Shown in pieces: positions 17,488 to 27,199 of a stretch of 64,000 nt of DNA. Each line of letters starts with the position of its first letter. Positions within the stretch are counted from its first letter, which is position 1. The translations under genes and the position numbers were made by a program. The stretch spans positions 64,001-128,000 of IMG/VR virus record IMGVR_UViG_3300043540_000321; one strand, written 5' to 3'. Source of the stretch: a virus. The notes beneath the pieces were generated by a model. It had not been told where the DNA came from, did not search any database, and worked only from the letters and a program-made list of their open reading frames with translations.

Positions 17488-19242
17488 TCAAAAAGGCGTA
17501 GATAGGGCTAACTCAGTCTGGAACCCCTGGTTTTCGACGTTGAACCGATGAATGATCGCCTCCACTCGATAGAGCGTAGGTGGGTCTGACAACGGGTTCA
17601 TCTGAGAGGCGGCATTACAGATAAGAGCATCGGGATTCTTCTGGTCGCTGCCCGCAATCTTCATCGTGACGCTACTGCCGTCGTACAGAGGTAAGGTAAC
17701 TTCAGCTCCTTGCTGAACATCGCCGCTGGCTCCGGCATTCTTGAGAGATTCCTCAGCATAGGTTTTCAAGTTGGTGTTGTAGCGGGCATCGAAGTCCAGA
17801 AACTGCTGTCGGTCCTGGTTGGCTCCCTGCAATCCGTACTGAGGTAGTATGGCCGAGCCGATGACCTGAACCACCTCGCCTGGAGTGATCGACGGGTCAC
17901 CCAGTACGATCGCCGTGGCCGCTCGAGTCTCCTTCGCTAAGATTCGAGCGGCATTGAGAGCAACGACGGCTGCTTCCTCGGCTGTTGTAATCGTCGGGTC
18001 ATAGATGCGGGCAAACTTACAGGCATAGTTCGTGTTCGCAAGAGCCTGTGGGCGAACACGAAGGTGAAGTGTCCAGTCGTCCTGGGCCCCACCTTGGGCA
18101 GCCGGTGCGTTCTTATGCACCCAGAAGTTCGTCTTCAACCCAATTGACGATCGCTCCGATCGGAATGCCATCAACATCTGGTTCACGTCCGGCGGCGACA
18201 TATTGTATCCGCCGACCAGATTGCCGTTCGGAGGAGTGACATTGAAGAAGTACGTGCGGAAGAACCGTTTTGGATCGGACAGCCCGGTCGCGTCATTAGC
18301 CCGAGGACTATAGTAAAAGTTCCCGTCCCGATGATCTTGAAAGACCTCTGTCGGGTAGACCTCTTGAGAGGCTAAGAATTTCAAGACATCGATTGGTACC
18401 TGCTGGTTGACCAGGAAATTCGGAGACTGCTGTAAATTGATCGCCGCCCGGGTTGTAAAGATTCGGAAGGAAGGGTTCTCGGGAACCTGAAGCGAGGTCG
18501 TTCGCGTCGTGGCCGGGAGAGGCCCGCCCTTCTGGTACCAGACGTTTGCCGGGGGAATCCCGTCTAGGTTTAGTGTTCCCTGGTCGCCTTTCTCTGCCCG
18601 GGCGAGGTCGTAAAGATACTCTTTGTCCCAGAGGATACTTTTTCCGCAGAGAGAGCATGATATTGTGGGGTCGTCAACTTGCTGACCTGTAGGCTTAGTG
18701 TTAGCCTCTACCTGACCGATTCCTCGCTGAGCAATCTCCAATATCAGGTCAGACCGATAAGGCATATCGCCAGAATTCTCATCGACGGCCGGATTATAGG
18801 TCACGGAAGTATCCATCAGATACTTCATCCGGTCTCGAAGTTGCAAGGTAACCGTATACCCACCGTGAACCGACTGAGTATCCTGGACGTTCTCTATAAC
18901 GCCCACGAATACTCTTAAAAGAGACGTGCCCAAATCGCTCTGAGTAACGGGCCTGAACTGGTTCAGGTAGCCTATCCAGAGGCAAACCTCTTTCTCGATG
19001 TCCAACTTATCAAGAGGGAATGCGAGAGGTAAACCCGTTTGGTTATCTGTCCCCACAAGGATCACATATCCCGTAGATGCAGACCAGAAGCGGGTACACA
19101 TTGTCTTGAACCCACTTACCTTCCAGGGAGTAGCGTTCGAGCAGATTATGTTACCAGTCAAATCCGTCACTACTCCCAAAGGAATGGAGGCGGAACGAAA
19201 ATGGCACTGATCTCCCAGTTCGGGTCGAAAGGTAGCCGTCAT
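17488..19242 (-). CDS. baseplate hub protein (gp27/gp44-like)
   Basis: VFVGVIENV...VTLQLRDRMKYL near the N-terminus and GDPSITPGEVVQV...YRVEAIIHRF...GFQTELAL at the C-terminus are typical of hub proteins. Confidence 0.75.
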   Translation of the reverse strand: MTATFRPELGDQCHFRSASIPLGVVTDLTGNIICSNATPWKVSGFKTMCTRFWSASTGYVILVGTDNQTGLPLAFPLDKLDIEKEVCLWIGYLNQFRPVTQSDLGTSLLRVFVGVIENVQDTQSVHGGYTVTLQLRDRMKYLMDTSVTYNPAVDENSGDMPYRSDLILEIAQRGIGQVEANTKPTGQQVDDPTISCSLCGKSILWDKEYLYDLARAEKGDQGTLNLDGIPPANVWYQKGGPLPATTRTTSLQVPENPSFRIFTTRAAINLQQSPNFLVNQQVPIDVLKFLASQEVYPTEVFQDHRDGNFYYSPRANDATGLSDPKRFFRTYFFNVTPPNGNLVGGYNMSPPDVNQMLMAFRSERSSIGLKTNFWVHKNAPAAQGGAQDDWTLHLRVRPQALANTNYACKFARIYDPTITTAEEAAVVALNAARILAKETRAATAIVLGDPSITPGEVVQVIGSAILPQYGLQGANQDRQQFLDFDARYNTNLKTYAEESLKNAGASGDVQQGAEVTLPLYDGSSVTMKIAGSDQKNPDALICNAASQMNPLSDPPTLYRVEAIIHRFNVENQGFQTELALSTPF

Positions 19243-19336
19243 TTAATTATCCAGTCTCTGTCTCCATCCATTATTCATTTTGATGGAAGTCAGAAACCAT
19301 GCGTTCGGAAGCACCGATTAGAGGAGAAACTAAACG

Positions 19337-19561
19337 ATGACTACTCTCAAAGAAGTTGAAGGCGTTATTAAAAAAGGTCCGGGGTCTGAATACCTCTGCG
19401 AGACAGAGGAAGGACTTCGGTATTTTATTCACCCAGTTACAATCAAGTCCGGAGTTGCTACCGGACAGAAAATACGAGGTAAAGCCCATGTATACCTCGT
19501 TCCATTTAATGGTCGAAACGGGAACCTATTACCCGAGACGGCTGAGATTCTTCCGGGTTAA
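19337..19561 (+). CDS. small counter-oriented hypothetical protein (possible OB-like beta-barrel)
   Basis: 74 aa, GAGGAG Shine-Dalgarno upstream, stop overlaps the tail-tube stop. Confidence 0.6.
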   Translation: MTTLKEVEGVIKKGPGSEYLCETEEGLRYFIHPVTIKSGVATGQKIRGKAHVYLVPFNGRNGNLLPETAEILPG

Positions 19562-20343
19562 CCGATAGACACACCGGCTGGACGACCCAGGCTAGCCCCA
19601 CTTGTTGGATTAGCGGCATTCGCTACGGGCAGAGCAGAGCTTGCATTCACACCTCGGAGGGTGACCCCAGCCCAGACGCTGGTACGATTGACCTCTTCGA
19701 TGCCTTCGGCCAAACCTTCCCAGCGGTTGGCGATCACACTTCGTCCAGCCATTGCCCCGATCGTAAGTGAGTCAACCTTACAGTAAGTCAACATCAGTTG
19801 CCCCGCAGCTTGTCGGTTTGGATTCCAACTGGTAGGCCCAGAATTTAAGAACAACTCACCGTTACCGATAGTTCCGGTGGTGGTGTTGTAGAGTTGCGGG
19901 TTCTGGCTGTATTGACCAGCCGTCGATGAGCTATTGCTGGCTTGCTGTAACTCAGGAGCATCCAGCTCAAATGTGATCTGGAACCGCGCCATGCGACTCA
20001 AACGCATTTCACGGGTGAGGGCGCTGATGCCGAAAGTCTGTTGGAGAATCCGGCTGTCGAGCTGACCGCGTTCAAGCACCCAGCCGATCTGCATTTCCCC
20101 ATCCAGATAGCGAGGGACGCGGTTGTTGAACTCCATGTACGGTTCAGTCGCGTTCCGAATCGTTATTTGGATGGATGTGAAGCGTCCAACCAGGGTATAG
20201 TTACCCGTGGCCTGGTCCAGGACCCACACATCGGCGTCATATCCCTGTAAGGGGTCTAGTAGAGCGTCGTTGACCGCGGCTGCGCCAATGATGCTTACCG
20301 GGTTGCCGTCGCTAGAAGTGATTGAAGTAACGTTGTTAAACAT
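19558..20343 (-). CDS. tail tube protein
   Basis: Directly downstream of the sheath; LVGRFTSIQITIRNATEPYMEFNNRVPRYLDGEMQIGWVLERG and LTYCKVDSLTIG...EGLAE fit myovirus tube proteins. Confidence 0.8.
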   Translation of the reverse strand: MFNNVTSITSSDGNPVSIIGAAAVNDALLDPLQGYDADVWVLDQATGNYTLVGRFTSIQITIRNATEPYMEFNNRVPRYLDGEMQIGWVLERGQLDSRILQQTFGISALTREMRLSRMARFQITFELDAPELQQASNSSSTAGQYSQNPQLYNTTTGTIGNGELFLNSGPTSWNPNRQAAGQLMLTYCKVDSLTIGAMAGRSVIANRWEGLAEGIEEVNRTSVWAGVTLRGVNASSALPVANAANPTSGASLGRPAGVSIG

Positions 20344-20383
20344 GAGGCTATGCGGGTAATGCGGGTAGGGTTAAGAGCCGGGC

Positions 20384-23185
20384 TTATGCTCCAGAAGCAG
20401 ACGCCTGGATGCTAAAGTCAGTGGTCAGATCGCGGACTAGAGAAACATGGATGTAATCTGCCGGGTAGACCGGGGTGTAGGTGATGGTGATGTTCATCGT
20501 CCCCGTGGCGATAGTCTGAGGCGTGTTATTGCTTTCGTCACAAATGGTTGGGCTGTAGCCGTAGATCATTCCCTGACGTTGTAAGAACCGCAGGTAAGCA
20601 TCACAACCCGAAGCAGCCTTACTGCGAACCGCTGCGATGTTTGGAGCCGACCGTATCCAGATCAAGTTAGCGCTCAAGTCCATCACGATCTGGTCGCGCA
20701 TCCTTGAAACCGAGATGTACCGCTGGTTAGGGTCGAGGCTCGTTGTACGCCCATTCAAGAACTTATAAACACTCAGCCCTGGGTCGTAGTAGAGGACTTC
20801 GAGGCCGGCCCGAGTCATAGTGTCCAGATAAACTGGAGTATTCTTAGAGTCAACGGACAGAACTCCGCTGACCGCTTGTCCCTGTGAAATGTTCGCAGGC
20901 GAGATGTGGGGAGGGGTGTTCGCCAGGACGCCAGTGTAAAACCCAACAGGTGAGATCTGGTTGGAACCCAGGTATTGAACTCCGACCATAGTGGAATAGC
21001 CGGATACGAGGATGAGTCGCTCCGATGCGAGTCCAGAGGGTATACTCGCCGCCTGGGCTGCAGTGACTTGGGGCGGTGCCGCTAATACGGCGAAGCGCAG
21101 ACCGTTAACTGTGGTAGACCGCTCGGCCTGAGCAAGTAGTTCGGCGATCGCCAGTTCGTACTGCCCCTGCCCAGTATTCACACCAGCTAGGGTGATGAAC
21201 GCGCAATCCGTTCCCTCCAGGTCGGCGATGGCGTTAATGAAGTCTTGCTCAGAGGGTGGAGTCACGCTGTAGTTAACCGGTTCATAACCGCCCTTCAGAG
21301 ACAGACTTTGTAAGTACGAAGCGCCCTGATAGTTGGCGCTCATCGGATTGTTCGTAATCGATGCGGATAGGAATGAAGAAGGAGGCGCGACTCTCTGGGG
21401 AGTCAGGTCGTAGGTGCTCTGAGCAACGGTCTGTCCCTTCGCCACCATCACCGGCACAAAGTACGCTCGGAGGACCGGACTTCCCAGAGTCTCTAGATAA
21501 AGACCGGTGTTAGGGTCTACCGAGTAGTTATTGAGGGTCAACGTCTGGGTTGGAATTGGAACGTTGAAGTTCTGCGAGCTGGTGTCCGTAATCTGGATCT
21601 GAAATTGTCCAGGAGGCAGGGGCACTACGGTGACCTGAATGCCATTCCCGTAGACACCCGGAGACGTTGCCTCTAAGTAAACCAGAGGGTTGCCATTAAT
21701 GTCATAGAGATAAAGGTGGGCGTGCTTCATCCCATCCTTCCCGCCAGCCATAGCGATCGCGGTGGAAAAGAGGTTGTTGATGTTCTGGAACAGAAGGTCG
21801 GTGGCGGTTCCCGATGAGTAAGTCGGAGTTAGCGTGTAGAAAATCCGGTTCGCTTCTAACCCCGAGAAATAAGAGTTAAAGGTTAGGGAGTACGGCAGCA
21901 GCAAGTTGTTCACAGTCACATCTGCAAACAAAGAATTCATGATCGTGTTAGACACGATCGCAACTTGAAGTTGCTCCAAAATTTGAGCTGCCGATAAACC
22001 CGATTGAAAAGCGGCGGTGGTGTTTGGAAACCCAGAAGCGGCGGTGTTGATTTCTCCAATGGAAACGGACCCTTGGATGAATGGGACCGAGAATGCAGCC
22101 GTCGGAGAGACAACGGTCTGAGACGCAGATTGGGTGTTGGTAATGGAAACGTGGATTCCAGTGTCTAGTAAACCCAACACGTTGTTCGGATTATTAAATA
22201 AATAAACGGGCTGATACCCAGAATTGTTCACAGGAACCGTCAGGAACCCGTCTGCTAACCCGATGGCGTTACTATAACTCTTCGTGCTTAGTAAGGTAGA
22301 GGGAGCCGGAGAGTTTCCATCCCCGTTTCTAAAGGTGTAGGAGAAAATAAAGTACTGAGGCGCTGAGCCACTTGCAGAAACTGTAACAGAAGTCGTTGCG
22401 TTGCCGGAGACTCCAGTCACAGCGCCTTGAGCGATTACTCCGTATACCCCGCTACTCACCTGGAAAGGATAGCTGAGGATGAGGAGCCCCACATTACCTG
22501 AACCAAAACTAATACCTGCGGCTGACGTAGAGAGCAGAAGTCCAGGCTTGGCGTTCGCGTTGAGAACTGTTCCCGCTGCCCCACTCGCTGTCACGATCTG
22601 AATGGACGTGCTACCCGCGATGTTTGCAACAGAAGCAGCGAATGCGGGACTCGCTGTAACCTGGGCTGGATTAACTTGTTCTACGACTTGAAAGTCCAAA
22701 TATCCCAGTCCAGAGAACCCCGGGATGTTTAACACCTGGGTTGGGTCAGTGGCGACAGTTGCCCCAATATAGTTACCTGTTTTAACTAAAGGGCTGCCAA
22801 TATAGGAGGCAGCGAAGTTTAGACCAACTGTTCTAGAGGCTCCGCTACCGACAACGGGTTGAACTAATGCACCTTGAGAAGAGACAAAGAAAACACTTCC
22901 CGATGAAGGAGTTGCCGAGGGCATCACTCGGCTGATCATAAAGTTGGTCGCTCCCTGAAGCATCGCTTGCCGAACCAGCAACGCTCCCGGGGAGGTGTCC
23001 TCCCCGTACAAATAGGCAAAGTCCTGCCTCGACTTGATAAGAGTGGGGGTGTCTGGCCCTCGAGAGAACACTCCAGCTACACCAATCGTGTTGCGCCAGT
23101 TAGGGGTGTAGGGAGTAGGACCAACAATTGTTTCGGAGAAACTAACGTTGGGAAAGGCGTAAGTAGTAGAACCGGAGAGAACCAT
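20384..23185 (-). CDS. contractile tail sheath protein
   Basis: N-terminal FPNVSFSETIVG...IGVAGVFSRGP..PTLIKS...F...YG; C-terminal RYISVSRMRDQI...CDESNNT...ITYTPVYPADYI; 933 aa. Confidence 0.93.
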   Translation of the reverse strand: MVLSGSTTYAFPNVSFSETIVGPTPYTPNWRNTIGVAGVFSRGPDTPTLIKSRQDFAYLYGEDTSPGALLVRQAMLQGATNFMISRVMPSATPSSGSVFFVSSQGALVQPVVGSGASRTVGLNFAASYIGSPLVKTGNYIGATVATDPTQVLNIPGFSGLGYLDFQVVEQVNPAQVTASPAFAASVANIAGSTSIQIVTASGAAGTVLNANAKPGLLLSTSAAGISFGSGNVGLLILSYPFQVSSGVYGVIAQGAVTGVSGNATTSVTVSASGSAPQYFIFSYTFRNGDGNSPAPSTLLSTKSYSNAIGLADGFLTVPVNNSGYQPVYLFNNPNNVLGLLDTGIHVSITNTQSASQTVVSPTAAFSVPFIQGSVSIGEINTAASGFPNTTAAFQSGLSAAQILEQLQVAIVSNTIMNSLFADVTVNNLLLPYSLTFNSYFSGLEANRIFYTLTPTYSSGTATDLLFQNINNLFSTAIAMAGGKDGMKHAHLYLYDINGNPLVYLEATSPGVYGNGIQVTVVPLPPGQFQIQITDTSSQNFNVPIPTQTLTLNNYSVDPNTGLYLETLGSPVLRAYFVPVMVAKGQTVAQSTYDLTPQRVAPPSSFLSASITNNPMSANYQGASYLQSLSLKGGYEPVNYSVTPPSEQDFINAIADLEGTDCAFITLAGVNTGQGQYELAIAELLAQAERSTTVNGLRFAVLAAPPQVTAAQAASIPSGLASERLILVSGYSTMVGVQYLGSNQISPVGFYTGVLANTPPHISPANISQGQAVSGVLSVDSKNTPVYLDTMTRAGLEVLYYDPGLSVYKFLNGRTTSLDPNQRYISVSRMRDQIVMDLSANLIWIRSAPNIAAVRSKAASGCDAYLRFLQRQGMIYGYSPTICDESNNTPQTIATGTMNITITYTPVYPADYIHVSLVRDLTTDFSIQASASGA

Positions 23186-23241
23186 GACGCCACTTGGTAA
23201 TAGGACTAGCTTGTAGTCTATTCAAAGAGGCTGTTTGATAT

Positions 23242-23676
23242 GTGCCCGTTGTTGATAAAGTCCATCCTTTAATAAACGAACCGTTCAATATAATTCCCTG
23301 GAGTGAGATGTACGGACAGCCCCTGAGAAGAAATTCAACAGATAACCCTCGAAATCGAGCAGGATACAAAGACGGACTGGCTGGACTTCCTGCCGAGTTT
23401 ACGGAACGAGAAGATCCTCAATATTTCATCGGTCATTGCGCTGGTCGAGCTGACTATCAAAAGTTGTTGAAAGTGAGAGAGCGGATGCGGCGGGAGGAGC
23501 GAATGGAGAGTGGATATGACGACGCCTATCGTTGCCTTCCTCCACAAGCTGCAGATGAGTTCTACCTTCACGGGTACGACGACTACTACCGCCGTTATCC
23601 CTATGCTCTCTTAAATCCGATACGAGCACTCTGGATGATCGCGGTCTGGATATTAAAGAGGAGAACGGGGTTCTAA
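23242..23676 (+). CDS. counter-oriented hypothetical protein with GY.DG-type repeats
   Basis: 144 aa with repeats GYKDGLAGLP...YFIGH and GYDDAYRCLP...YLHGYDDY, and a hydrophobic C-terminal end; start codon uncertain. Confidence 0.6.
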   Translation: MPVVDKVHPLINEPFNIIPWSEMYGQPLRRNSTDNPRNRAGYKDGLAGLPAEFTEREDPQYFIGHCAGRADYQKLLKVRERMRREERMESGYDDAYRCLPPQAADEFYLHGYDDYYRRYPYALLNPIRALWMIAVWILKRRTGF

Positions 23677-24563
23677 CCCATTACCCAACCTGACATACAA
23701 ACGTTGGCTGAGTTTGTTGAGATCGCAACCGCCGGAACTGAAATGGCGTTCGTGACGAAAGTGACATTTTCTATCATTGTAAGATTGTGCAGTCCGGCTG
23801 CCAGGCGATTTGTTTTGAGGGAGGCTGATGCCACACTGTAGCCGCTGTTGGGAGTAACAACGCCTCCGCTCGCTGACCCTACAGCGGCAACAGATGTTGA
23901 GTTATCTCCAATGACGGCATAGTATCCTGCGCCTGCATCGGGTACTTGCACACTTGCCGTTAGGTAGGCATCGACATGCGTCCCAGCTAGTCCAAGTAAG
24001 ACGCTGCACTGGTTAGAGGAGGAGTTTCGCATCTGACGGGTTCCGGTGGCTGCAATAGTGTAGGTGCCAGCAGTATCCGCCCTCCGAAACGGAATCGGGA
24101 CCTGATTGTAGGCGTTCCAGACATAGACATTCTGGAGGCTAAGCTCAGTTGTGCCGGTACCCGTGGTGTAAAACGACCCGAGATACAAATGGTTGTCGGT
24201 CGACTTGACCCACAACCCATCTACGAAACTCAATGTCGTAGCTCGGGTTGTGGTGTTCGTCCAGACCAGGGATTCGAGGGTGAGGGTCCCACCGTTGTCA
24301 TAGACAAATACGTCGTAGACTTTACTGGCGGTTAGCCCCGATAGCGACAGACTTAACTCACTGAACTTATAGCCCTTAATCCCCCCGACAGAGTCAGAGC
24401 TCTGGATCAAAGGCAGATCGTTTCCTATGTAAGGAGTGTAGTAGAGCGTAACTTTCGCGGTCTGGTCTGAGGTTGTAACTGGAGTAGCGGATACTAAGGT
24501 CAGTCGACCTCCTATCTGAGCTCCGTTAAAGGCATTTCCGACCGAGTTGATAATACCGCCCAT
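23673..24563 (-). CDS. tail fibre/receptor-binding-associated protein
   Basis: GRLTLVSATPVTTSDQT...TLYYTPYIGN, a T/S/G-rich beta protein next to the fibre gene. Confidence 0.6.
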   Translation of the reverse strand: MGGIINSVGNAFNGAQIGGRLTLVSATPVTTSDQTAKVTLYYTPYIGNDLPLIQSSDSVGGIKGYKFSELSLSLSGLTASKVYDVFVYDNGGTLTLESLVWTNTTTRATTLSFVDGLWVKSTDNHLYLGSFYTTGTGTTELSLQNVYVWNAYNQVPIPFRRADTAGTYTIAATGTRQMRNSSSNQCSVLLGLAGTHVDAYLTASVQVPDAGAGYYAVIGDNSTSVAAVGSASGGVVTPNSGYSVASASLKTNRLAAGLHNLTMIENVTFVTNAISVPAVAISTNSANVCMSGWVMG

Positions 24564-24580
24564 TAGTACCTCAGTAGAGA

Positions 24581-25660
24581 TTAGACGTACGCGATGTTCC
24601 CAAACGAATCGATCACTTGCCAGTTAGTGTTTGCTACCGTGCAAAATAGAGTGACGCAGTCGTATTGGTTCGAGGAGCTAATAGACCCTCCCGTTCCGGC
24701 CGTGGTGGCAACCTTACCGAAGTTTATTTGCTGCCCAGCGTTCTGGCCGATAGACCAGCTTCCATTCGTTCCAATAACTCGAATCATGGACCCTTGAGCC
24801 GCAGTTACAGGCAACGTAAAGGCGCAGGCTCCGGAGTAGGCCTGGACATAGTTGGTATTGATAGCCATTGCCTGAGTCGCCGCCGTCACGTTGACCGTAG
24901 GCATTGGAATGTAAGGGAGGGTTTGCCAGGTTTGGTCTCCACGCAGATAGGAAGAAGAGTTCGCTGTACCTGAGCCCAACCGTGCCGTCCCGATCGTACC
25001 GGTGGTGATGAAGCTGGCATCCATTGTCGTGTCGGACAACTGAATCCAGTTCGAGTCCGTAGTAGCGGGCGCGGCTTGCAGGATATAGGCGACGCCTGTA
25101 TCAGTCTGTTTGGCAACGTCCCCGACGTTTGCAGTAAGAGCCAGACGAGCGGTGCTGTTGGCGACGACGTAGGTCGCGTTGATCGCAATACTTGGAATGA
25201 CGGCATTGGGAAGCAGACCGCCCGCACCGAGCACAGGAACACAACCCGATGTGGTGCCTGTGTTGACATAGGCCGCAGTACCTAGCCCCAACATCGTTTT
25301 AGCGGTTGAAACAGGTATCTCAGCGATCGCGCCAGCAGACCCAGACGAGTTCCCTAAGAACACGGTCCCAACGGAAGTGTTCTGCATCTTCGCGTAGGTC
25401 ACTGCATTGGACGCGATTGTCGGTGAGGGGTAAGTACCCGTGAGGTCGCCGCCAGCGGCACCCCCGGGAGAGGGTCCAGTCACCCAGGCGGGGAGACCAC
25501 TACTCACCACTAACGCCTGACCTGCACTTCCAATTGGGAGTCGAGCCAGGTATCCGTTCGAGTTGAGATAGTAGATATCTCCAGTGGTATCGCTTCCGAT
25601 CTGAACGGCTATGTTCGCGCCGACAAGGGTATTGTTCCAGTTGTTTTGATACTTAGTCAT
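24581..25660 (-). CDS. tail fibre protein
   Basis: Fibre modules GDIYYLNSNGYLARLPIGSAGQAL, AGGDLTGTYPSPTI, VPVLGAGGLLP and a C-terminal TLP...IGQNAGQQINFG domain. Confidence 0.75.
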   Translation of the reverse strand: MTKYQNNWNNTLVGANIAVQIGSDTTGDIYYLNSNGYLARLPIGSAGQALVVSSGLPAWVTGPSPGGAAGGDLTGTYPSPTIASNAVTYAKMQNTSVGTVFLGNSSGSAGAIAEIPVSTAKTMLGLGTAAYVNTGTTSGCVPVLGAGGLLPNAVIPSIAINATYVVANSTARLALTANVGDVAKQTDTGVAYILQAAPATTDSNWIQLSDTTMDASFITTGTIGTARLGSGTANSSSYLRGDQTWQTLPYIPMPTVNVTAATQAMAINTNYVQAYSGACAFTLPVTAAQGSMIRVIGTNGSWSIGQNAGQQINFGKVATTAGTGGSISSSNQYDCVTLFCTVANTNWQVIDSFGNIAYV

Positions 25661-25831
25661 AGAGCAGTGCGGGTGGTATGAGAGTAATAGAGTTGTTGGG
25701 TAATAAGCTCAAAGATCCTTGAAACCTTTGCCCCATAAGCGTTTCGGCGATTTTCATACAAAATCCTTGAAATTCAGTCTGCATAGGCATTTCAGCGATT
25801 TCTCTCGTTATTTCCCAACAGGTCTAATCAA

Positions 25832-26398
25832 TCAAGCGAAGGCAAAATTTCCACTTAGGATGTTTGCGAACCATTTACTCTCCCCTAGATAAGAGAGCAT
25901 GATGGCATCGCCAACAGCGTAAGCGTCTATTCTTCCGACAGCACCATAAGTCGTGGTGACATCTCCGAGTTGAATAACGTTGCCTGGGTTTTGAATGATG
26001 CGAAAGACAGAAGGTCCGACGTTATAAATCGCAATCTCCGCCCCCAATCCTCCTTGCTGAGGCAACTCAGGCAAAGTCAACATGCACATCGTTAGACTCT
26101 GCACAAAGTAGGCATTCCCGATATCCATCGTGCAGTTAGTCTGTTGCAGAATTGGTTTAAGGTTCGATGCAGATAACGTTGCCTGAGCTAGAGAGACCTG
26201 TGCTAATTGATTGGCAACCGCTCTAAGTTCGTCAGTGATATCCTTCAGGCTAATTTGGTCAGACGGTGCTGAGTCCTCTTGCTCATTCTGAGGTAGCGTT
26301 GGTGTTACTACAACCGGAGCTTGCAAAGGATATCTATCGCTCGACCAGGTGAAGCGACCGCGGGTGTTAATCGTGAAGTTAACGTCTCTAAAAGGCAT
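25832..26398 (-). CDS. short fibre/adaptor protein paralogous to the C-terminus of 24581..25660
   Basis: Start likely ATG 26398 (MPFRDV); coiled segment, then MLTLPELP...IIQNPGNVIQLG...GDAIML...SGNFAFA. Confidence 0.6.
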   Translation of the reverse strand: MPFRDVNFTINTRGRFTWSSDRYPLQAPVVVTPTLPQNEQEDSAPSDQISLKDITDELRAVANQLAQVSLAQATLSASNLKPILQQTNCTMDIGNAYFVQSLTMCMLTLPELPQQGGLGAEIAIYNVGPSVFRIIQNPGNVIQLGDVTTTYGAVGRIDAYAVGDAIMLSYLGESKWFANILSGNFAFA

Positions 26399-26457
26399 AC
26401 TGCAGACGGAGCTCTGTCTCACTCTTGCACCGGACGAGTAAAAAAAAGTAACCTTTA

Positions 26458-27198
26458 CTATCCGTGCAGGTCTTTAGCCCAGTCGTTGCTTGGATAGAAG
26501 CAGACCTCCCAGATGATATAGGCACTGTGCAAAACCAGGTCCGTATTGTCTCTTGTCCAAGAACTGGTCGGGAAGTCCGCCGATACCACCTGGGTCGACT
26601 TGATCGCATAGGGTTGTAAGGTATAAAGACTTGCCAGAGCCAATCGAATCAGTTCGATATATTGCCTCAAGATCACCTCCGCAGGCAGTATCTCTATCTG
26701 AATCGATTGTTGTAAGAGCTGCACGGCTGAAGGTTTAGAGTAGTTCCAGCGAGATAGTTGCGCCTCTGATGCCAGATTTCCTTGAGACTCATCCAGAATG
26801 GGCGACCCGTCAATATATTGAGCGAGGTTGTAGGTAACGGTCTGAAACTCTCCGAATGTCCCATCCAGGTACTGAAGCTCGATGACCAGGTTCGCAGTCG
26901 CCTCATCATGAGACCCGAAGGTGTGCGACCCTAGCGTATAAGGTTTGTACTGTATTGAAGCTCGTCGAGGCCCTGGGGGCGATGACCCTCTGGTTTTGCG
27001 CCCAGTGTAGTCTGGATATACTGAGCAGACAAGTCCTGGGGTTTCCAACTCATATCCGCCGTACGATCGCCACTTACTGATTGTGATCGGATTGTTGTTG
27101 GTGTCGTAAATCTTAGGGTCTTTTAATAAAGGATGTGAGGCCAGCCCCACCAAGGTAGCCCTGATCAACTGCTCAAATGTAGGGATAAACCGCTGCAT
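26458..27198 (-). CDS. tail terminator/neck protein (tentative)
   Basis: 246 aa between the head and tail genes; ILRQYIELIRLAL...AYIIWEV pattern typical of tail-completion proteins. Confidence 0.5.
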   Translation of the reverse strand: MQRFIPTFEQLIRATLVGLASHPLLKDPKIYDTNNNPITISKWRSYGGYELETPGLVCSVYPDYTGRKTRGSSPPGPRRASIQYKPYTLGSHTFGSHDEATANLVIELQYLDGTFGEFQTVTYNLAQYIDGSPILDESQGNLASEAQLSRWNYSKPSAVQLLQQSIQIEILPAEVILRQYIELIRLALASLYTLQPYAIKSTQVVSADFPTSSWTRDNTDLVLHSAYIIWEVCFYPSNDWAKDLHG

Positions 27199-27199
27199 C

